Below the pieces are notes generated by a model. That model was not told the DNA's origin and made no database searches. It saw nothing but the letters and a program-made list of their open reading frames with translations. A stretch of DNA of 64,000 bases, taken from NCBI GenBank assembly GCA_963812155.1, contig CAWETW010000003.1, positions 1,024,001 to 1,088,000 on the forward strand, given 5' to 3'. The stretch comes from Vulcanimicrobiota bacterium. GTDB lineage: Bacteria; Vulcanimicrobiota; Vulcanimicrobiia; Vulcanimicrobiales; Vulcanimicrobiaceae. Made by a program: the position numbers and the translations under genes. Shown piece by piece: positions 57,736-64,000 of the stretch; position 1 is the first letter of the stretch, and each line of letters begins with the position of its first letter.

Positions 57736-58740
57736 CTATCTCTTGTTGCTGATCGTCGAACCAAATGGCTCCTGGAAGCTTCCGTTCTCGACGATCTTGA
57801 TCGGCGAACCGCCGGACGGGTAATCCCAGAGGCCGGCACCACCGCCGTACGATGCGACAACCTTACTCCCTTGAATCGCGAACTGATCGAGAACAGGCGT
57901 CGGGCCGAGCGGAGTCGAGCCGACTTGGGTCGCGTAGACGCCCTTTACTTTGAAGTGGTAGATCGTGCCCACCGAAGAGTCACCGATCGTCAGGTGCGTA
58001 CCATCCCACTGAATGCCGCTGACGCCGCCGATGGATTGGTTTAGAAACAGGTCCTCGAGCGACGCGGCGCTGTGAGGGAGCTCGGCGAGTACGAACGCGT
58101 CGTTGCCGAACTGCACGCCATCGACGAAGAGGTTGCCCTTGGGGTCGTAGCTGCAAAGGAACATCTCGTACATGATAGCGTCCGTGTAGTACGCCGCCGG
58201 GGTGCCCTGGGCGCCGGTGTAGATCGCAACGTTGCCCGGAGTAGTGTCGCTGTTGCTGTAGTTCGTGACGGCCAGGTTTCCGGTCGTCGGATCGACGGAA
58301 CAACCGGAAGGGTAGTAGCCCGAATCGCTCAGCGTTGCGATTGGGTTCGTGCCGCCGTGCGCGTACTCGAAGATCTGCTGGGTTCCAAAATTTGTAATGA
58401 AAACGTTTCCTGCGCTGTCGACGCACTCACCGGAAGGCGTGGCGAACCCCGTAAGCGTTCCCTTTAACCTCAGCTTCGGGTAAGAGTAGGCGTAGACGTC
58501 GTTCGTTCCGACGTCGGAGACGTAAAGGAGATTTTGCGCCTGTGCGTCGGGAGCCATTCGCGAACGGCTGTGGTCGGAATGCACGGACTGCGGTCGCCCG
58601 AAGGTGAACTGGCTTGTGCTTTGCATCGCCGGCAGCGACGAGCCGAGGCCTGCTCGTGATGCGCCGTTTCCGCACCCGGCGAGCAACGCCGCAGCAACCG
58701 CGACGCCCAGCGCACCCCAGGTTGATCTCGAGACTTTCAT
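57736..58740 (-). CDS. Hypothetical beta-propeller-like lipoprotein
   Basis: LAGC lipobox; LLYVSD, GECVDSAGNVFIT, GCSVDPTTGNLAVTN, IQWDG. Confidence 0.8.
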   Translation of the reverse strand: MKVSRSTWGALGVAVAAALLAGCGNGASRAGLGSSLPAMQSTSQFTFGRPQSVHSDHSRSRMAPDAQAQNLLYVSDVGTNDVYAYSYPKLRLKGTLTGFATPSGECVDSAGNVFITNFGTQQIFEYAHGGTNPIATLSDSGYYPSGCSVDPTTGNLAVTNYSNSDTTPGNVAIYTGAQGTPAAYYTDAIMYEMFLCSYDPKGNLFVDGVQFGNDAFVLAELPHSAASLEDLFLNQSIGGVSGIQWDGTHLTIGDSSVGTIYHFKVKGVYATQVGSTPLGPTPVLDQFAIQGSKVVASYGGGAGLWDYPSGGSPIKIVENGSFQEPFGSTISNKR

Positions 58741-58957
58741 AAAAAGTTTGTCCTCAACGAGAGAGCGGCCGCATCGGCAGCCGCGAGCTGTGAAAGAACT
58801 AGCCTAGCACACAATAGGCCTCCGAAAGTATTTACAGCATGGCTGCCGCCGTATGAACGACTCAACGCTGACCGAACGTCGATCGACGCACCTCAGGCTG
58901 GAATCGCGCGTTCTAAAGTGGCCCTGTCATTGCGGTGAGGTTCGCTCGTGCTTGCGT

Positions 58958-59995
58958 TCACTTCTGCTCGTTGGCTGTGCGAATGGCGGGAGCGACAATG
59001 CGCGTTACGAGCACTTGCAACACGGCCGCAGCCGGGACGGCGAGGAAGGCGCCACCAATACCGAGCAAGGTTCCGCCCACGACCGTCGCCAGAATGATCA
59101 GCAGGAAGCTGAGCTGAACCCGTTGGCCGAAGACAATCGGCGAAACAACGTTTTGGTCAATCACCTGAACGACGGTGAAGATCGCTAGCGCGATGAGCAT
59201 CTTCGACCAGCCGCTCGTCGCCAATACAACCAGGAGAATGATTGGCCCAGAGATCACGGCGCCCAGCATCGGAATCGCCTGAAAGATTGCGGCGATGAAT
59301 CCCAAGAGTAAGTAATATGGAACGCCGAGGAAGGCCAGCGAAATGCCCATAACGACGCCGACGATCGAGCCGTTGATGACGACGCCCCCCACGTAAGCAC
59401 TCAGCCGCTTCCCGATGTCGTCAAGAGCGTCGCGCCACTGCGAACGCGCCCCCGGAGGCATCAGGCTCAATACGAATCGCGCGAGCTCATCGCTCGAGAG
59501 CATCCAGCCGATGGCGAGCAAAAGAATGAGGACGCCGTTGCCGATTGCCGTGGCGGCGAATGCCGTCCCGTTGAGGAGGCGAAGGCCGATGGCGCTGGCC
59601 GCATTGCCGGCACTGCCGGCTAAGGCACCGGCGATCTGGCGCGCCATCTGGTCGTTTTCGAAATGACGCTGTACGACCGCGAGTTGAGTTTGGAGCGCAT
59701 TCGCATAGCCCGGCAATGACTGGACCAACTTGACGAGCTCCGCTCCTAACGGCTGGATGAGCACGGTTCCAATTACGACGATTACCGCGATGACGGCGAC
59801 GAACGCTAGACCGACCGCAACGCCGTACGGCATTCGCTTCGCCATTCGGTCGACGATCGGCCGAAGACCCGCAGCGAAAAGCACGGCCGTAAACATCAGG
59901 AGCAACGACGAGAGTGCCCCCGAGAGCACGTCCCAGATCAATACGGCGCCAGCGACGACCGCGGCACCAATGAGCCATCCGCGTATGCTATTCAT
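58958..59995 (-). CDS. AI-2E family transporter
   Basis: Multi-TM; LRPIVD, IPMLGA, QVIDQNVVSPIVFG, GIGGAFLAVP. Confidence 0.92.
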   Translation of the reverse strand: MNSIRGWLIGAAVVAGAVLIWDVLSGALSSLLLMFTAVLFAAGLRPIVDRMAKRMPYGVAVGLAFVAVIAVIVVIGTVLIQPLGAELVKLVQSLPGYANALQTQLAVVQRHFENDQMARQIAGALAGSAGNAASAIGLRLLNGTAFAATAIGNGVLILLLAIGWMLSSDELARFVLSLMPPGARSQWRDALDDIGKRLSAYVGGVVINGSIVGVVMGISLAFLGVPYYLLLGFIAAIFQAIPMLGAVISGPIILLVVLATSGWSKMLIALAIFTVVQVIDQNVVSPIVFGQRVQLSFLLIILATVVGGTLLGIGGAFLAVPAAAVLQVLVTRIVAPAIRTANEQK

Positions 59996-60252
59996 TCAAT
60001 GCACCCTAACGATTCGTCAATCGCATAGGAGCCTCTCCGAAAACGTAGTTCGTAACTATGGATTCGCGGCAACCCTGCGACGCCCCCGTGCTCGACGAAA
60101 ATGCGCGCAGGTCGCTCGGCGGACGGCACACGAATGCGCGGGAGTTTCCTGGGGGTGGCGGAACGGAAGACGAACACAACTCCACGATGGCGCAGTGGAC
60201 CGTCATCCGAATGGCCATCGCCGAGCCACTTGGCCCATTCTGTTGTCGCCAT
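59992..60252 (-). CDS. Possible small hypothetical protein (86 aa)
   Basis: ATG at 60252 after a purine-rich AGGTGG; stop overlaps the AI-2E start (ATGA). Confidence 0.4.
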   Translation of the reverse strand: MATTEWAKWLGDGHSDDGPLRHRGVVFVFRSATPRKLPRIRVPSAERPARIFVEHGGVAGLPRIHSYELRFRRGSYAIDESLGCIE

Positions 60253-60423
60253 TGCAACCCACCTAAGCGCCACACAGTACGTTAACTGATGAAGCGAAAC
60301 GTGGGGCCGCCGGCCTGTGGTCAAACGCCGAGGCGTAATCCTTAGGCCTTTTTCTCATTGATTTTTAGGCATCGAGCGGCCGGCAGTCTGCCGGGCGGCG
60401 GTTGTTTCGCTTAGAATAGACCT

Positions 60424-61362
60424 ATGACGACCGATCCCTGGGGGCGGGCCCTCGCGGCTTTGGCGACCGCGGCATTTTTTGCGCTCAACGGCGCCCCAGG
60501 GCGGGCCGCCTCGCAGGAAGAGCAATGGGAGATGCAAACGGGCAGTCAACAGTTTGTGCAGATGTCACAAAGTGGGCGCATCGTTCAGGCATCGCCTTAC
60601 TACGACGTGCTCAATCCCATCGCGATGCGAATCGCTGCCGTGGCTGGTCCGCAATACTTTGCGCCGTTTCATTTCATTCTCGTAAACGGCCAGTCGCCAA
60701 ATGCGTTCGCGGTCCCCGGCGGCAATGTTTACGTGACGACCGCTATGATGACGTTTGCCAAGAACCAAGACGAGTTGGCAGGTGTCCTTTGTCACGAAGT
60801 TTCCCACAATATCCATCACGACGTGTATAACAACGCGCACAAAGGTCAAGGCCTACAGATGGCTGCCGGCGTGTTGGGAATGCTCGTGGGCTACAACATG
60901 CTGGGGCAAATGGCCGTAGGGTTAGGCGCGGGTGCACAGGCGATGACGTTCTCACGCGCAGTTGAATCCAATGCCGATCGGGCGGGTGCGTACACCTGCG
61001 CGCAAGCCGGGTTCAATCCGTATGGAATGGTCTGGCTGTTCCAGCGGTTCACTTCGAAACGGGGCGGCGGATCGCTGGAAATGCTTTCGGATCACCCGCG
61101 CGACGATCATCGCGTTTCGGATCTCGAAAATCTCTTCAAAAGCGATCCTGCGACATTCGCTCGGTTCAGCCCCGACGAAGCGCAGGGCACGCCGCTGCCT
61201 AAGTTATCGCAGGGCTATCCGTCGCAGCAAGGCTATCCGCCGCAGCAAGGCTATCCGCCGCAGCAAGGCTATCCACCGCAGCAAGGCTATCCACCGCAGC
61301 AAGGCTATCCACCGCAGCAAGGCTATCCACCGCAGCAAGGCTATCCGCAGCCGCCGCAGTAG
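60424..61362 (+). CDS. Secreted M48-family metallopeptidase with QQGYPP repeat tail
   Basis: PNAFAVPGG, HEVSH, FSRAVESNAD, SDHP. Confidence 0.92.
   Translation: MTTDPWGRALAALATAAFFALNGAPGRAASQEEQWEMQTGSQQFVQMSQSGRIVQASPYYDVLNPIAMRIAAVAGPQYFAPFHFILVNGQSPNAFAVPGGNVYVTTAMMTFAKNQDELAGVLCHEVSHNIHHDVYNNAHKGQGLQMAAGVLGMLVGYNMLGQMAVGLGAGAQAMTFSRAVESNADRAGAYTCAQAGFNPYGMVWLFQRFTSKRGGGSLEMLSDHPRDDHRVSDLENLFKSDPATFARFSPDEAQGTPLPKLSQGYPSQQGYPPQQGYPPQQGYPPQQGYPPQQGYPPQQGYPPQQGYPQPPQ
61207..61350 (+). repeat. 18-bp coding tandem repeat, about 8 units
   Basis: CAGCAAGGCTATCC(G/A)CCG-type units starting at 61225, 61243, 61261, 61279, 61297, 61315 and 61333, plus a degenerate first unit. Confidence 0.95.
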
Positions 61363-61477
61363 CGCGGCCTTCCGAGGACGCGATTGCGCGGCGCCGAACG
61401 GCTTACCCGGCATCGATGGAACGTCGCGGCATGAGTAGAAGACACCCCAGCATTCACTTCTGGTGTGAGTCGATTTA

Positions 61478-62725
61478 GTGTCACGCCGCACGACGATCAT
61501 GGTCGTTCTGATAGGAATCTCGGTTTTTATCAACTACATCGATCGCGGCAATCTCTCCACCGCAGCGACCCTCGTCAAGCACGAGTTGCACCTCACGGCG
61601 ACGCAGCTGGGGTTCCTCTTGACGGCGTTTTTCATCACGTATATGCCGATGCAACCGGTCGTGGGATGGCTCGTCGACAAATTTACCGCGAGCCGCGTAC
61701 TCGTCGCGGGTTTTTTGCTCTGGTCGCTCGCGACGATTTTGAGCGGCTTTGCCGGCGGTTTTGCCATGCTTTTCGCATGCCGGCTGTTGCTCGGCATTGG
61801 CGAATCGGTTTCGTTTCCGTCGATGTCGAGAATTCTCTGTGAAAACGTTACGGAGGCGCAGCGTGGCTTGGCAAACGGCATCGTACAGTCGGGACTCGCA
61901 TTCGGCCCGGCATTCGGCATCTTTTTCGGCGGCATGCTCATCGCGGCATGGGGTTGGCGTCCATTTTTTGTGGGATTTGGACTAATTAGTTTGCTCTGGG
62001 TCATCGCGTGGATGGCGATCTCGCACCGTCACGTGGAGCACACCGCCGACACGAGCGCCGGCGACGGACCGCCGATGTCGCTCATCCTGCGAGAGCCGTC
62101 TTTGTGGGGTGCCTCGCTCGCGCACTTCTGCTCCAATTTTCTACTTTACTTTCTCCTAACGTGGATACCATATTACCTCGTACACGAACGTCACTGGTCG
62201 CTCTCCCAAATGGCCAGCATTGGCGGCGCTGCGTTTCTACTGATGGGCGCGGGCATGTTGGCCTGCGGTACCATCGGGGATCGATTCATTCGTAGCGGGC
62301 TGTCGGCGACGCTGGTGCGCAAAGCGACATGCGGGGCCGGTGCTGCGATCGCCGCGGTTTCGATGATCGGAGTCGGCTACTCCGGCAACGACGCGTCGGC
62401 CGTATGGCTCATGTTTGCTGGAATCGGCACCGGCTTTTTGGGGATCAACACGTTCGTCGTCGCGCAGACAATGGCCGGCCCCGTAGCAACCGGCAGATGG
62501 GTCGGCGTGCAAAATACCGTGGCGAATATCGCCGGCATCATCGCACCCTCGCTCACCGGCATTCTCGTGGATCGAACCGGCAGTTTCCACGTTCCGTTTG
62601 CAATAGCGGCCGCGCTGGCGCTAGGAAGCGGCATCTCGTGGACGTTTCTAGTCGGCCAAATCACACGCATAGATTGGAGCAGTCGACTCGGTCAAATGCC
62701 CGCCGTTACGCCCGCGGCTTCGTAA
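61478..62725 (+). CDS. MFS transporter (anion:cation symporter-like)
   Basis: INYIDRGNLS, GWLVDKF, RLLLGIGES; about 12 TMs. Confidence 0.92.
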   Translation: MSRRTTIMVVLIGISVFINYIDRGNLSTAATLVKHELHLTATQLGFLLTAFFITYMPMQPVVGWLVDKFTASRVLVAGFLLWSLATILSGFAGGFAMLFACRLLLGIGESVSFPSMSRILCENVTEAQRGLANGIVQSGLAFGPAFGIFFGGMLIAAWGWRPFFVGFGLISLLWVIAWMAISHRHVEHTADTSAGDGPPMSLILREPSLWGASLAHFCSNFLLYFLLTWIPYYLVHERHWSLSQMASIGGAAFLLMGAGMLACGTIGDRFIRSGLSATLVRKATCGAGAAIAAVSMIGVGYSGNDASAVWLMFAGIGTGFLGINTFVVAQTMAGPVATGRWVGVQNTVANIAGIIAPSLTGILVDRTGSFHVPFAIAAALALGSGISWTFLVGQITRIDWSSRLGQMPAVTPAAS

Positions 62726-62727
62726 GA

Positions 62728-63624
62728 ATGCACGACTTTCGCATGGTGCGACTCGATGAGGTAACCTTTTCGAGTTCCGATGAGCTCGCCGCAATGTATA
62801 AGCTGAGTCCTTGCGTGTGGCAGGAGAAGGGCGGATTCGAGTTGCTCGTGCGCGTCGTAAACCGCTCGGATAACCCGTCGGAAAAGGTTGCGCGCATCCA
62901 TCACGGCCGGTCTACGGACGGCTTACGATTCCATCTCGGTGAAGCGCCGGTCATCGCCCCAGGCCCCGACATTGCAGGTTCTTACGATAGCGGAGGCTGC
63001 GAGGATCCAACCGTCGCGCGCGTCGACAGCGAGTACTATGTTTATTACACCGGTTGGAACGAGCATCTGAAGCGCGGCGAGTTGCTGCTTGCGACGGGAC
63101 CGGACATGCTCCGTTTACGCAAGAGGGGCATCGCCCTCGCGTCATCCCAGCGTACCGCCAATCCGAAGGAGGCTACGATCGTGCAGGCTCCCGACGGCAC
63201 GTGGCGGCTCTTTTTTGAATACGCCGATGAAAACAAGTCGAAGATCGGGCTCGCTCGATCGTCAAGCGTCGCCGGAAAGTGGGAAGTAGTCGCACCGCTC
63301 TTCGAAGCTCGACCTGGTGCCTGGGACTCGTGGCATCTCAGCACCGGCCCGATTCTCGATTCGAATCCCGATTTTCCGGTAATGTTTTACAATGGTGCAA
63401 CCCCGAACGCGCAGTGGCGCGTCGGCTGGGTTGCATTCGATGCTTATTACACCCGGGTCGTGGCTCGTTCGATGGCTCCTCTCCTTTTGCCGCACCTCAG
63501 ACTCCACGCCGACGATTCGGATATCGCCTTCGCGGCGTCAAGCATCGAGATCGACGGAGCCATTTACCTGTACTATTCGGTAGCCGATCAATATGTCACG
63601 AGAGCCACTATCGAGCGCGTCTAG
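62728..63624 (+). CDS. Five-bladed glycosidase/phosphorylase (GH130-like)
   Basis: GCEDPTV, YYVYYTG, NPKEA, MFYNGA, YLYYSVAD; starts 2 nt after the MFS stop. Confidence 0.75.
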   Translation: MHDFRMVRLDEVTFSSSDELAAMYKLSPCVWQEKGGFELLVRVVNRSDNPSEKVARIHHGRSTDGLRFHLGEAPVIAPGPDIAGSYDSGGCEDPTVARVDSEYYVYYTGWNEHLKRGELLLATGPDMLRLRKRGIALASSQRTANPKEATIVQAPDGTWRLFFEYADENKSKIGLARSSSVAGKWEVVAPLFEARPGAWDSWHLSTGPILDSNPDFPVMFYNGATPNAQWRVGWVAFDAYYTRVVARSMAPLLLPHLRLHADDSDIAFAASSIEIDGAIYLYYSVADQYVTRATIERV

Positions 63625-63670
63625 CGCCGACAGAGGGCCGCGTGGCACGCGGGACTCCCGATTGCCCAGG

Positions 63671-63868
63671 ATGAAAAAGGAGTCGTTTACGATGAATCCC
63701 TCCGAGCAGACGGTCGACTTTGCCGGCGACGCAGGCGTGGTTCACGGCTTGAACACGCTCATGCAGTCGGGGAAGACGCTCGCGCGCGAGCGATACACGG
63801 ACGTCTACGTCAAGCGCAACGGCACGTGGATGGCCTTATCTGCGCAGGAGTCAAATATCGCGCAATAA
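63671..63868 (+). pseudogene. C-terminal fragment of an NTF2-like (DUF4440) protein
   Basis: VDFAGDAGVVHG and RYTDVYVKRNGTW; the N-terminal helices are absent. Confidence 0.5.
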
Positions 63869-63943
63869 CGATTTAGCTCGTACTCTGACCAATGCGCGAT
63901 CACCAATAGTGAAAATCCGCGCCGATTTAAGCGCGGATCGATT

Positions 63944-63963
63944 TAGCCTCAGCGGGATTCGAA
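63944..63963 (-). other. tRNA 3'-end-like fragment (possible att site)
   Basis: Minus strand reads TTCGAATCCCGCTGAGGCTA (T-loop to acceptor strand); the T-arm 5' strand and the rest of a cloverleaf are missing. Confidence 0.4.
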
Positions 63964-64000
63964 GAGTGTCAGCCTCCCCGACTGATTTGCCGCCTAGGGA

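Noticed and set aside
60275..60305. CTGATGA...GAAAC resembling a hammerhead ribozyme core
   Set aside because: Only 3 nt separate CTGATGA and GAAA (no stem II), and no stem I can form.
61207..61350. Tandem repeat as a CRISPR array
   Set aside because: No spacers, in-frame coding repeat, no cas genes.
63900..64000. Intact tRNA gene
   Set aside because: Only a T-loop-to-acceptor fragment is present; no cloverleaf can be built from the visible sequence.

Overview
High-GC bacterial chromosomal window with about 58 protein-coding genes and no rRNA, intact tRNA, CRISPR array, integrase or transposase. The gene mix (many lipoprotein beta-propellers, expanded phosphoesterases, STAND/LuxR regulators, a carboxypeptidase-domain TonB receptor) resembles Ca. 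Eremiobacterota (Vulcanimicrobiota); this is inference only. The dominant feature is ten paralogous AcpA/phospholipase C-family lipoproteins, nine of them within 25-43.7 kb. The best candidates for new biology are: (1) an unannotated 28-aa hydrophobic peptide gene between a MalT-like LuxR regulator and an HD-GYP protein with a broken HD motif, a possible peptide-signalling module; (2) a two-domain multicopper oxidase fused to a ZIP metal transporter in one polypeptide; (3) the phosphoesterase array, with a Pho-box-like repeat upstream. Also present are a dispersed REP-like palindromic repeat family (two copies read in frame at a protein N-terminus), a 106-bp hairpin element, several apparently leaderless genes, a tRNA 3'-end fragment (possible att site) and several single-base frameshifts that look like long-read errors.
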